Below, piece by piece: positions 31,441 to 40,266 of a stretch of 64,000 nucleotides of DNA. A program made the translations under genes and the position numbers. The notes below the pieces were generated by a model. It was not told where the DNA came from and did not search any database. It worked only from the letters and a program-made list of their open reading frames with translations. Origin of the DNA: Minisyncoccota bacterium (GTDB taxonomy: Bacteria; Patescibacteriota; Minisyncoccia; Minisyncoccales; RBG-13-42-11); the NCBI GenBank assembly GCA_028712445.1, contig JAQTPY010000001.1, positions 50,034-114,033 on the forward strand, written 5' to 3'. Each line of letters starts with the position of its first letter. Positions within the stretch are counted from its first letter, which is position 1.

Positions 31441-32647
31441 AAGATATTTTGACGAACTTCCTTTTTCCCACCTGGACAAGCAATCCTTTTTTTATTTCTA
31501 TCTTGGCTTTCCAGTCCTCCTCAACTTTGCCTCCTATCTTCACTCCTTTTTGAACAATCATTCTCTTAGCTTCAGCTTTTGAAGAAACCAATTTTGCTTC
31601 AACAAGCAAATCTAGAATGTCCATTTCTTTTTCTTTGATGGGAACCTCGGGAATTTCCGACGGCAAACTGTTTTCTTTAAACACGCTTTCGAACTCTTCT
31701 TCTGCTTCTTTTGCCTCCTTTTCTCCGTGGCAAATTTCTACGATCTTTTTTGCCAGCATAGCTTTAGCGTCTCTGGGATTTGTCTTATTGTCTTTAATGT
31801 CCTTCTCTATCTTTCTAACGTCTTCTTCTGGAACATTTGTGCAGAGATCAAAGCCCGGGATAATTGATTCGTCCGGCCAGCTCATAATTTTGCCGTACAT
31901 GTCTTTCGGATCGTCATCCATATTCACCGCATTTCCCTCGGTCTTTCCCATCTTCTTTCCTTCGGGGCCCGTTAAAAGCTTCATTCCGAGAACAAACTTC
32001 TCTTTGTTTTTTAGGACTTTCATTAAATCTCTGCCGCAAAGCATATTGAAAAGCTGGTCTTTCCCTCCCACCTCTAAATCCACGTTCATGGCTACGCTGT
32101 CATATGCTTGAGCTAAAGGATAAAGGAATTCATGGAGGAATATCGGCTTCTTTTCCTTCAGCCTCTCCTGGAACATATCCCTGATTATCATCTGCTGGAC
32201 AGTGAAGTTTGAGGCCAGCTCTATTATATCCACAAAAGTCAGCTTGTCTGACCATTGACTATTGTACATTATCTTCGCAGGATTCTTTCCTTCAAAATCA
32301 AGGACTTTAGCAGCCATTTTCTTATAATTTCTGGCATTTGATTCAACCTCTTCCCTTGTTAATTTCTTTCTGGCAGCTGTTTTGTCTGTAGGATCTCCTA
32401 TCATTCCCGTAAAATCTCCTATAAGCATGATCACCTCGTGCCCCAGCTTCTGGAATTGAGCCAGCTTTCTTAAGGTGATCATGTGTCCGATGTGAAGGCG
32501 AGGAGAAGAAGGGTCATACCCGCAGTAAAGTTTTAAACGGGATCCTTTAACTAATTTCTTTTTCAAGCTTTCTGAAGAAGGGTAGATTATTTCCACCCCC
32601 CGGCTTAAAAGCTCCTCTATTTTCTGAGCGTCAGTATCTGTTTTCAT
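31439..32647 (-). CDS. tyrS: Tyrosine--tRNA ligase.
   Basis: PRLHIGH, KMGKT (the KMSKS equivalent), and a C-terminal S4-like domain. Confidence 0.8.
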   Translation of the reverse strand: MKTDTDAQKIEELLSRGVEIIYPSSESLKKKLVKGSRLKLYCGYDPSSPRLHIGHMITLRKLAQFQKLGHEVIMLIGDFTGMIGDPTDKTAARKKLTREEVESNARNYKKMAAKVLDFEGKNPAKIMYNSQWSDKLTFVDIIELASNFTVQQMIIRDMFQERLKEKKPIFLHEFLYPLAQAYDSVAMNVDLEVGGKDQLFNMLCGRDLMKVLKNKEKFVLGMKLLTGPEGKKMGKTEGNAVNMDDDPKDMYGKIMSWPDESIIPGFDLCTNVPEEDVRKIEKDIKDNKTNPRDAKAMLAKKIVEICHGEKEAKEAEEEFESVFKENSLPSEIPEVPIKEKEMDILDLLVEAKLVSSKAEAKRMIVQKGVKIGGKVEEDWKAKIEIKKGLLVQVGKRKFVKIS

Positions 32648-32679
32648 AATTTATTCATTTTAATACAATTATTATTTAA

Positions 32680-34731
32680 TTGCCAACTCGTTTTAATTTT
32701 AGTAGAATTAGAAAGAATTCGGAAAACCTTCTGATGAAATTCAATTTTTCAAAGACTCCTTTCAAAGCAAAATTTTTCCATCTCCGGGGAGTTATAAAAA
32801 CTTTTCTGCTGCTCTTTTCTTTTGGCGTTTTTGGTTTTTTTGTGATTTTTATTCTCTATGCCAAAGACCTTCCCAGGCCAGAAAGGTTCACTGAAAAACA
32901 ATTCATCCAATCCACTAAAATCTATGATCGGACTGGTGAAGTTTTGCTTTATGAAATTTACGGGGAGGAAAAAAGGACTTTGATTCCTTTTGACCAAATG
33001 CCCGAATATTTAAAGAAGGCCGTCATTGCCACGGAAGACGCTGATTTTTACAGCCATTTTGGCATTGACCTGAAGGGAATTTTAAGATCTGTCCTGATTA
33101 ATCTCAGGATTGGCTCCCTGACCTACGGCGGCTCCACTCTCAACCAGCAGCTCATACGGTCCACCTTTTTTTCAACTGAAAAAACGGCGGAAAGAAAGAT
33201 AAGGGAAATGATCCTGGCTCTGGAGCTAGACAGAAGGTATTCTAAAAACCAGATCTTTGAATGGTATTTAAACCAAGTTCCTTTCGGATTAAATAATTAC
33301 GGGGTGGAAGCTGCCAGTCAGACGTATTTTCAAAAACCGGCTTCTCAGATAAGCATCGAGGAAGCGGCTGTTTTGGCGGCCCTGATTCAAGCTCCCACTA
33401 AATATTCCCCTTATGGAGAAAACAAAGATCTCCTTTTAAAAAGAAAGGACTATGTTTTAAACAGAATGAGAGAAGAGGGATATATCTCTTCTGAAGAAGA
33501 GAAAGAAGCTAAGGAAAAAGAAATTGTTTTTAACAAGAGACCCATCCAAATTAAAGCTCCTTATTTTACTCTCTGGGTTAAAGACCAGCTGGAAAAGGAG
33601 TATGGCCAGGATTTTTTAATGAGGAACGGGTTGAAAATTTATACTTCTTTGGATTGGGAGATGCAAAAAATAGCTGAGGAAACAGCTTCATCCACTTCAA
33701 AAATAATAAGAAATTACAACGCTTATAATGAAGGACTGGTAGCGCTTAACCCCAAAACCGGTGAAGTTTTAGCAATGACCGTAGGAAACGGGGATTATTA
33801 CGCAGAACCCTATCCAAAAGGGTGCCAGTCGGGAGTGAGCTGTCTTTTTGATCCTAAATACAATGTTGTCACCGGCACTGAAAGAAATCCAGGACGGCAA
33901 CCAGGATCGGCATTTAAGCCGTTTGTTTATGCTACCGCCTTCAAAAAAGGATTTGACGATGGAACAGTGGTTATGGATGAGCCAACTAATTTCGGCTCCT
34001 GGGGGGATCAGGAATCTTACATTCCCCAAAATTACGACGGGCTCTTCAGGGGAGCAGTCACCCTCAGACAGTCTTTAGCTCAGTCTTTGAATGTTCCTTC
34101 GGTTAAGGTTCTGCTCGAGCTTGCCGATTCTCCGGAAAAATTCAGAAAAGCAGGAGAAGAACCTGATTCAATTAAAACTGCGAAGGATCTGGGAATCACT
34201 ACTTTAAAGCCCCCTTACGGGCCTGCTTTGGTCCTGGGAGGTTGGGAAGTTAAGCTTTTGGACATGACTTCAGCTTACGGCGGTTTTGCCTCTAATGGCC
34301 TTGTAGTGCCTCCTGTTTCAATTTTAAAAATTGTTGACAGCCAGGGAAATATACTTAAAGAAAATAAGAAAACATTAAAAAGAGTTCTGCCCGAAAATGC
34401 AGCCCTTCTCATAAACAGCATTCTCTCAGACAATGAAGCTCGGGCTCCTATGTTCGGTTTAAACTCCAATCTCTATTTCCCGGGATACGAAGTGGCTGCC
34501 AAAACAGGAACCACTCAGGACTATAAAGACACCTGGACAATAGGATATACTCCTTCCATTGTTGTCGGAACTTGGGCTGGGAACAGCAATAATGAATCTG
34601 TCGGGGAGAAGCCGGCAGTCTCTGTCGCAGGATATGTTTTCCGCTCTTTCATGGAAAAAGCATTGACCATGGTCCCCAAAGAAGATTTTAAAAAACCTGG
34701 CTCTGGCCAACCAGGACAACCATCTTTCTAA
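32680..34731 (+). CDS. Class A penicillin-binding protein (glycosyltransferase plus transpeptidase).
   Basis: EDADFYSHFGID GT51 motif, SAFKP (SxxK), SxN and KTG(T) motifs. Confidence 0.85.
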   Translation: MPTRFNFSRIRKNSENLLMKFNFSKTPFKAKFFHLRGVIKTFLLLFSFGVFGFFVIFILYAKDLPRPERFTEKQFIQSTKIYDRTGEVLLYEIYGEEKRTLIPFDQMPEYLKKAVIATEDADFYSHFGIDLKGILRSVLINLRIGSLTYGGSTLNQQLIRSTFFSTEKTAERKIREMILALELDRRYSKNQIFEWYLNQVPFGLNNYGVEAASQTYFQKPASQISIEEAAVLAALIQAPTKYSPYGENKDLLLKRKDYVLNRMREEGYISSEEEKEAKEKEIVFNKRPIQIKAPYFTLWVKDQLEKEYGQDFLMRNGLKIYTSLDWEMQKIAEETASSTSKIIRNYNAYNEGLVALNPKTGEVLAMTVGNGDYYAEPYPKGCQSGVSCLFDPKYNVVTGTERNPGRQPGSAFKPFVYATAFKKGFDDGTVVMDEPTNFGSWGDQESYIPQNYDGLFRGAVTLRQSLAQSLNVPSVKVLLELADSPEKFRKAGEEPDSIKTAKDLGITTLKPPYGPALVLGGWEVKLLDMTSAYGGFASNGLVVPPVSILKIVDSQGNILKENKKTLKRVLPENAALLINSILSDNEARAPMFGLNSNLYFPGYEVAAKTGTTQDYKDTWTIGYTPSIVVGTWAGNSNNESVGEKPAVSVAGYVFRSFMEKALTMVPKEDFKKPGSGQPGQPSF

Positions 34732-34733
34732 AC

Positions 34734-34762
34734 AAAAAAGGGCGGTTAAGCCCTCTTTTTTA
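34734..34762. terminator. Bidirectional terminator between pbp and dnaN.
   Basis: aaaaaagggc-ggttaa-gccctctttttt. Confidence 0.55.
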
Positions 34763-34777
34763 TTAACCTATTTAACA

Positions 34778-35923
34778 TTATCCTGCCTTGATGGGCATTA
34801 CCAGATACAGATAACTGTCTTCGTTTTTTGATTTCAGGACTCCTGCTTTTTCTGAACCATTAAGGCCAAAAACCACCTCTTTTTTCTTGTCTCCGGAAAT
34901 CATGTTCAGGAGGCCGTCTAACAAAAAGCGGTAGTTAAAAGACGTCTCGCAGGGCTTTCCCTCTATTTTTGCAGCCACTGAGCTGTTATACTCCCCAACA
35001 TCCGGATTCTGGCTGAAAATATTGAGCAATCCCTTTTCCGGATCTGCTTTTAATTTAACTTCGTTTATTTTCCCTGAAAAAAGAGAGGCCATTTTAATCT
35101 GGTTGGCAAATTCATCCGCAGCCAAAGCGATCTTCGTTTCGTAGGTCTTAGGAATAATCTCTGTATAATTAGGATAATCCCCTTCAATTAAACGGGAAGT
35201 AAGCTGAATCTGAGGATGATTTGTTTCAGAAAGAAGACTTTCGAATAAAACCTGATTCGGAGAAAAATAGATCGACATGCTGCCTTCTTTGTCTCCAAAA
35301 ATATTAATCACTTCCTTGGCCGCTCTTTGAGGGAGAATAAAAGAATAGTCTTTGGTTATTTTGGAAGCTGAATCAGGCAAGAATAATTTCTTTTCTCCTA
35401 ATCTAAAACTGTCAGTGGCTGTCATCGTCACTTGGTTTCCTTGAAAGAGAAAATAGACCCCGGAAATTTCCACCTTAGTTGAAGATAAGCTGGCGATATC
35501 CACAACCTTGCTTAAACTTTGGCAGAACAGCTGATTCCCAACCACTATCTTTTCTTCTGTGGAAATTTTGGGAATAATTGGAAACTCTTCAGGATCGACC
35601 CCTTTTATCAGGGTTTTATAATTATCCGATTCAATTTCCAGATTTAAATCTTTAACACCAAATTGTATCGGTTTATTGGGGAGAAGATTAATAAAACTTG
35701 AAAGAATTTTTGCAGGAACTGCAATTTTTCCTTCTTTTTCAGTTTTAACCAAAGACCACCAGTTAATTCCGATTTCCAAATCCGTGGTAGTCAGATTAAT
35801 AAAGTTTTTTTCTGTTTTAATTAAGACCGTGTCTAAAATTGGCAGAGTCAAAGATCTGCCCGCGACCCGTTCAACAACACTAATACCTTCTTTTAATTTA
35901 TCTTTTAATATTATTGTTTTCAT
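34778..35923 (-). CDS. dnaN: DNA polymerase III beta sliding clamp.
   Basis: MKTIILKDKLKEGISVVERVAG...LPILDTVLI and 381 aa. Confidence 0.85.
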   Translation of the reverse strand: MKTIILKDKLKEGISVVERVAGRSLTLPILDTVLIKTEKNFINLTTTDLEIGINWWSLVKTEKEGKIAVPAKILSSFINLLPNKPIQFGVKDLNLEIESDNYKTLIKGVDPEEFPIIPKISTEEKIVVGNQLFCQSLSKVVDIASLSSTKVEISGVYFLFQGNQVTMTATDSFRLGEKKLFLPDSASKITKDYSFILPQRAAKEVINIFGDKEGSMSIYFSPNQVLFESLLSETNHPQIQLTSRLIEGDYPNYTEIIPKTYETKIALAADEFANQIKMASLFSGKINEVKLKADPEKGLLNIFSQNPDVGEYNSSVAAKIEGKPCETSFNYRFLLDGLLNMISGDKKKEVVFGLNGSEKAGVLKSKNEDSYLYLVMPIKAG

Positions 35924-36025
35924 TGTGTAAAACTTTTTCCTTAAAGCTAATTTGTTCTTAAATTATCTAGTTGTTTCACGGTTTAAAATTTGGGGAAAAA
36001 AATTAAGTCGCCATTTATCCCCAGC

Positions 36026-37375
36026 TTATGCAGTGTATATGCGTTGTTTAATTAAGTTAATTTCGTTTGAAAAGTTCTCATCTTTTTCTAATTCTTTCAC
36101 AATTTTTCCACAGGCGTGGATTGCGGTTGTGTGGTCTTTTCCCCCAAATTTTCTGCCAATAAAAGGATAGGAACTTTTTAATTCTTCCCTCAAAAGGAAC
36201 ATGGCAATCTGGCGGGGCCTAACAATCTCTTTTTTTCTGGAAGAAGAGAGCAATTCCTTTTCTCTAAGATCATAGAATTCAGCCACGGTTTGAATGATTT
36301 TTGCCGGATTGGCCAATTTGCTGGGAGAAATTAGGATGTTTTTTAAAAGAGATTTTATTGTCTCTAATTCAGGTATCTGGTTGTTTATTCTCTGATAGGC
36401 AATTATTCTGTTTAAAGCCCCCTCCAACTCTCTAATGTTTCTTTGGATATTAGCTGCAATATAATCAAGGATTTCATCAGAAAGATTGACTCCTTTTTCT
36501 AAGCTTTTTGTTTTTAAAATTGCCACTCTCATTTCATAATCAGGATAACTGATGTCTCCGATCATTCCTCCTTCAAATCGAGACCTGAGCCTTTCTGCTA
36601 AGGCGGGAATGGCTTTGGGAGGACGGTCAGAAGAGAGGATTATCTGTTTGTTCGTTTCATATAAAGCGTTAAAGGTATGAAAAAATTCTTCTTGGGTTTT
36701 TTCCTTTCCGGCCAGGAATTGGATGTCGTCTAAAATCAAAATATCAAAAGCCCTGTATTTTGCTTTGAAATTTTCAACGTCTTGGTTCCTAATTGAGGAA
36801 ACCAGGCCTGCGGTAAATTTTTCAGTAGGGATATATTTGATCTTTTTTTGCGGGAAGTTTTTGATAACTGCATTTCCTATGGACTGTAAAAGATGGGTCT
36901 TCCCGAGTCCTACCCCGCCGTATATAAAAAGAGGATTATAAACAAGCCCGGGCTTCTGAGATACTGCCCAGGCGGCTGCGTGGGCTAATTCGTTAGAAGG
37001 ACCCACTACAAAATTTTCAAAGTTATATTTAGGATTAAGGTTGGTTTCTCTGTCTACCTGAAGTTCTTCAAATTCCATCTGACCGGGGACAGTAAGGGGA
37101 GGCAATTCTTTTTTTACCGCTCTTACTTCGGCCTTGCCCACAGAATATTTAACTTCTTTGATTTCCTTGTCAAGGTTGAACAAAATTTTTAGAATCGTTT
37201 TTCCGTATTTATTTTCCAGCCATTCCTTAGCAAAAGAATTAGGGACAGAGACCATTATTTGGCCATCCTTAGAGGAGACAATATTTGTCTCCTTAAACCA
37301 AGTGGCAAAATTGGCTTGGGATATATTTAATTGAATTTGGGCAAGAACCGCTTGCCAAAGCTCTTCTTTTGTCAT
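36026..37375 (-). CDS. dnaA: Chromosomal replication initiator DnaA.
   Basis: GGVGLGKTHLLQ Walker A, the ILLIDDIQFL box, and a C-terminal DNA-binding domain. Confidence 0.95.
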   Translation of the reverse strand: MTKEELWQAVLAQIQLNISQANFATWFKETNIVSSKDGQIMVSVPNSFAKEWLENKYGKTILKILFNLDKEIKEVKYSVGKAEVRAVKKELPPLTVPGQMEFEELQVDRETNLNPKYNFENFVVGPSNELAHAAAWAVSQKPGLVYNPLFIYGGVGLGKTHLLQSIGNAVIKNFPQKKIKYIPTEKFTAGLVSSIRNQDVENFKAKYRAFDILILDDIQFLAGKEKTQEEFFHTFNALYETNKQIILSSDRPPKAIPALAERLRSRFEGGMIGDISYPDYEMRVAILKTKSLEKGVNLSDEILDYIAANIQRNIRELEGALNRIIAYQRINNQIPELETIKSLLKNILISPSKLANPAKIIQTVAEFYDLREKELLSSSRKKEIVRPRQIAMFLLREELKSSYPFIGRKFGGKDHTTAIHACGKIVKELEKDENFSNEINLIKQRIYTA

Positions 37376-37587
37376 ATCACGAATGTCATATCACGAAAAG
37401 CTAGTTAACATTTCCCATGATAACACATGTCAAATTAAAATAGAATTAACGTAAAATACGAATAAAATAAAGTATTCTGTTGAAAAAATGAGGAAAAAGT
37501 GTGCAAAACTAGGAGACTTTTTATGGCTTAAATCGCAACGATCGGCAAATTGACTTATCTCTGCCTTGTTGCTAAAATAAACCCACT
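37376..37587. promoter_or_regulatory. Candidate oriC / dnaA control region.
   Basis: Sits between divergent dnaA and rpmH. It contains an AT-rich stretch and degenerate DnaA-box-like 9-mers (tgataacac, ttatctctg). Confidence 0.35.
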
Positions 37588-37725
37588 ATGTCTATTACTT
37601 ACCACGGAAAAAGAAAAAAAAGAAGTAGGACGCATGGCTTCATGAAAAGAATGGAAACAAAGTTCGGAAAGAGGGTTCTCTCTAAACGAAGAGCTAAGGG
37701 AAGAAAGAAATTAGTAACCGTTTAA
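37588..37725 (+). CDS. rpmH: 50S ribosomal protein L34 (not in the ORF track because it is under 60 aa).
   Basis: Translates to MSITYHGKRKKRSRTHGFMKRMETKFGKRVLSKRRAKGRKKLVTV with a TAA stop. Confidence 0.85.
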   Translation: MSITYHGKRKKRSRTHGFMKRMETKFGKRVLSKRRAKGRKKLVTV

Positions 37726-37741
37726 AGCGTTTCAAGGTCAG

Positions 37742-38083
37742 ATGTTGTCTAAAGAAAACCGGCTTCAGAAAAAGAAGGATTTTGAGAATGTTTTTAAGCA
37801 AGGAAAAAGCTATAAAGAAAAGTTTCTAATTTTAAAAACAGCAAAAAATGATCTCAACGTCCCCCGTTTCGGTTTTGTTGTATCTCAGAAGGTTTCCAAA
37901 AAAGCCACCATCAGAAATAAAATTAGGAGAAGGTTGAAGGTAATTCTGTCTGGCGAGCTGAAAAACGAAGCAATCGGCGGGAAAGATTTTCTTTTTATTG
38001 CCTTGCCAGGATTGGCAAACAAAGATTTTGAGGAGCTGAGAGAGATTTTTTCCAAAGTTTACAAAAAATCAAAAAGCGCATGA
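37742..38083 (+). CDS. rnpA: RNase P protein component.
   Basis: Position after rpmH, 113 basic aa, and a TGA stop overlapping the yidD ATG. Confidence 0.8.
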   Translation: MLSKENRLQKKKDFENVFKQGKSYKEKFLILKTAKNDLNVPRFGFVVSQKVSKKATIRNKIRRRLKVILSGELKNEAIGGKDFLFIALPGLANKDFEELREIFSKVYKKSKSA

Positions 38084-38289
38084 TCAAAAAAATCTTTTTA
38101 AATACAATCACGTTTTATCAAAAATTTATTTCCCCTGTTTTGGGAAAAAATTGCAGATTTTATCCAAGCTGCTCAAATTACGCTCTTGTGGCTATGGAAA
38201 AATACGGTTTGCTCAAAGGGATGATTTTAGCGACAAAAAGACTATTAAAGTGCCATCCTCTGCATAGCGGAGGCATAGATTTACCCTAA
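38080..38289 (+). CDS. yidD: Membrane protein insertion efficiency factor YidD.
   Basis: [22 protein letters not shown]...HGGIDLP. Confidence 0.85.
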   Translation: MIKKIFLNTITFYQKFISPVLGKNCRFYPSCSNYALVAMEKYGLLKGMILATKRLLKCHPLHSGGIDLP

Positions 38290-39023
38290 TGGAATTTTTT
38301 AAAGAAATTTTTATTACAGTTTTGTACCAGCCATTGTTTAACGCTCTGGTTTTTCTTTATCAGTATTTGCCTGGGAAAGACTTTGGAGTGGCCATTATTG
38401 TTTTGACGCTTTTAATAAGGATTTTAGTTTATCCTTTAATGGTAAAATCCTTGAAGTCCCAAAAGCAGGGAATGGAGCTTCAGCCAAAAATAAAAGAGAT
38501 TCAGAATAAATATAAGGACGATAAGGAAAAACAGACCAAAGCATTAATGGAGCTTTATCAGAAAGAAAAGATCAATCCTTTCGGCGGATGTCTGCCCCTT
38601 TTGGTCCAGCTCCCCATTCTTATTGCCCTTTATCGGGTTTTTTGGAGAGGACTAGATCCGGGTACTCTTAATTATCTTTACAGTTTTGTTCCTAATCCGG
38701 GAGTAATCGACCCTAATTTTATTGGATTAATAAATCTGTCTCAGCCCAACATGGTCATTACCGTGATTGCCGGGTTTCTTCAGTTTCTCCAGGGAAAAAT
38801 GTTTGCCCCTAAAATGGGAGGATCTTCCGGAGACGGGAAGAAAGACCTTATGTCAGACATAATGAAAAAGCAAACAATCTATTTTTTTCCTTTAATTACA
38901 GTTGTGTTTCTATTTAGACTCCCCTCGGCAATTGGTATTTACTGGATAGTGACAACCCTGTTTTCTATTGGACAACAATATTTCATTTTTAAGCAGAAAA
39001 AAAATGAGCCAGAAAAATCTTAA
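38289..39023 (+). CDS. yidC: Membrane protein insertase YidC (short form).
   Basis: Conserved YidC/Oxa1 core (CLPLLVQLPILIALY), 244 aa. Confidence 0.8.
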   Translation: MEFFKEIFITVLYQPLFNALVFLYQYLPGKDFGVAIIVLTLLIRILVYPLMVKSLKSQKQGMELQPKIKEIQNKYKDDKEKQTKALMELYQKEKINPFGGCLPLLVQLPILIALYRVFWRGLDPGTLNYLYSFVPNPGVIDPNFIGLINLSQPNMVITVIAGFLQFLQGKMFAPKMGGSSGDGKKDLMSDIMKKQTIYFFPLITVVFLFRLPSAIGIYWIVTTLFSIGQQYFIFKQKKNEPEKS

Positions 39024-39462
39024 TGTAATAAAAAAAGCAATTCAAGAATTTTTTGAAAAAGCTAATTTTGAGGTGGACATAGAAAGCGTGAAAGAAAGTG
39101 AAGATACTGTTTTTGTGAGTTTAAAAATGGAAGAACCCCAGGTTTTAATCGGGGAAGGAGGGCAAACCCTAAACGAACTTCAGCATCTTTTAAAGCTCAT
39201 AATAAAAAGAAAAGCGGAAAGCTTGTTCTATTTAGATTTGGATATCAATAACTACAAGAAAAAAAAGATAGAATATCTCAAGGAATTGGCCGTATCTACG
39301 GCAAATGAAGTTTCTTTAATGAGAAAAGAAAAAGAACTTCCTCCAATGACGGCTTATGAGAGAAGGGTCGTTCATATGGAATTGGCTAGCAGAGAAGATG
39401 TGATGACGGAAAGTATTGGAGAGGAACCGGAAAGAAGATTGATAATTAAACCTCGTCCTTAG
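39004..39462 (+). CDS. jag: Jag/KhpB-like RNA-binding protein (KH plus R3H). Start set at the internal ATG at 39004; the track ORF begins at 38968.
   Basis: C-terminal R3H-like motif (YERRVVHMELA) and the conserved position after yidC. Confidence 0.65.
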   Translation: MSQKNLNVIKKAIQEFFEKANFEVDIESVKESEDTVFVSLKMEEPQVLIGEGGQTLNELQHLLKLIIKRKAESLFYLDLDINNYKKKKIEYLKELAVSTANEVSLMRKEKELPPMTAYERRVVHMELASREDVMTESIGEEPERRLIIKPRP

Positions 39463-39464
39463 TA

Positions 39465-39857
39465 TTAAAAATTTAAATTGGGTGAGTCCAACATCAAAAC
39501 GTCGGGATTGACGATACGAAGCAAAATTACAGATCCCAACAAAAGAAGAATTCCGATCAAAGCAGATTTGATTATATCGGTGGCATCTTTTTGAGTAGTT
39601 GGGTTGCCGGAAGAAGACATGTATTTGATTCCGCCATAGACTATCATTGTAAAAGCCAAAAGACCTGAGATGGCAACGGCAAAATTAAAAATATATTGTA
39701 TCAATTGGGGAAGGGTGGCTACAAGATTCCCGTTCTCAGAAATTTTCACGCCTCCTGGCAGTTCTGGCCAATCGATTTCCGCCCTTAGGGCGAGAAGAGC
39801 AAAAAGCTCTTTTTTTGTTTTCAGAAACTTCATCATGATCTTTAGACAATATAACAT
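39465..39857 (-). CDS. VirB2/TrbC-like T4SS pilin candidate (signal peptide plus a two-TM hairpin).
   Basis: Signal-like N-terminus (KFLKTKKELFALLALRA), then FNFAVAISGLLAFTMIVYGGIKYMSSSGNP...IIKSALIGILLLLGSVILL. The topology is typical of Gram-positive/CPR T4SS pilins. Last gene of the T4SS-like block. Confidence 0.5.
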   Translation of the reverse strand: MLYCLKIMMKFLKTKKELFALLALRAEIDWPELPGGVKISENGNLVATLPQLIQYIFNFAVAISGLLAFTMIVYGGIKYMSSSGNPTTQKDATDIIKSALIGILLLLGSVILLRIVNPDVLMLDSPNLNF

Positions 39858-39885
39858 TTTTTCTTTTACATTAAAAATCTCAATT

Positions 39886-40263
39886 TCACATTAATAATCT
39901 TATAAGCCACGTGGGCAGAATGTCGCTGACTCCGGGGATTCTTTCTATAATGAAAGGCATAATCATCCCCTGGAAAGGTATTTTTGCTATTAAAGCCAGT
40001 AGAACTATAAAAATCACTTCCAGGAGCAGCTCCCAGGTCAAGGTATCTATGCCCAACCCCGGAATTAAATCTATTAACTCCATTATGCCAGCAAAAAAGA
40101 GCAAGATTATTCCTCCGGGCGAAAAAAGAACGTCTTGAGGGATTTTTTTAAACCATTTGCCGCGGGACCCTGTTTTTCTTCCCGGAGTATTTGTGTTTTG
40201 GACGTCGGCCTCAGGTTGGACAGGATTTTGAACAGGAGTCAGGTTGTCGTTTTTTTCTGCCAT
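39886..40263 (-). CDS. Small membrane protein of the T4SS-like cluster.
   Basis: 125 aa with a low-complexity N-terminus and 2-3 hydrophobic helices. Sits between virB4 and the pilin gene. Confidence 0.4.
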   Translation of the reverse strand: MAEKNDNLTPVQNPVQPEADVQNTNTPGRKTGSRGKWFKKIPQDVLFSPGGIILLFFAGIMELIDLIPGLGIDTLTWELLLEVIFIVLLALIAKIPFQGMIMPFIIERIPGVSDILPTWLIRLLM

Positions 40264-40266
40264 GAA

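Noticed and set aside
37742-38083. Alternative genetic code with TGA recoded as Gly, as in SR1/Gracilibacteria.
   Set aside because: rnpA ends in TGA in the conserved ATGA overlap with yidD, and many ORFs end cleanly at TGA. TAG and TAA are also used as stops. The standard bacterial code fits.
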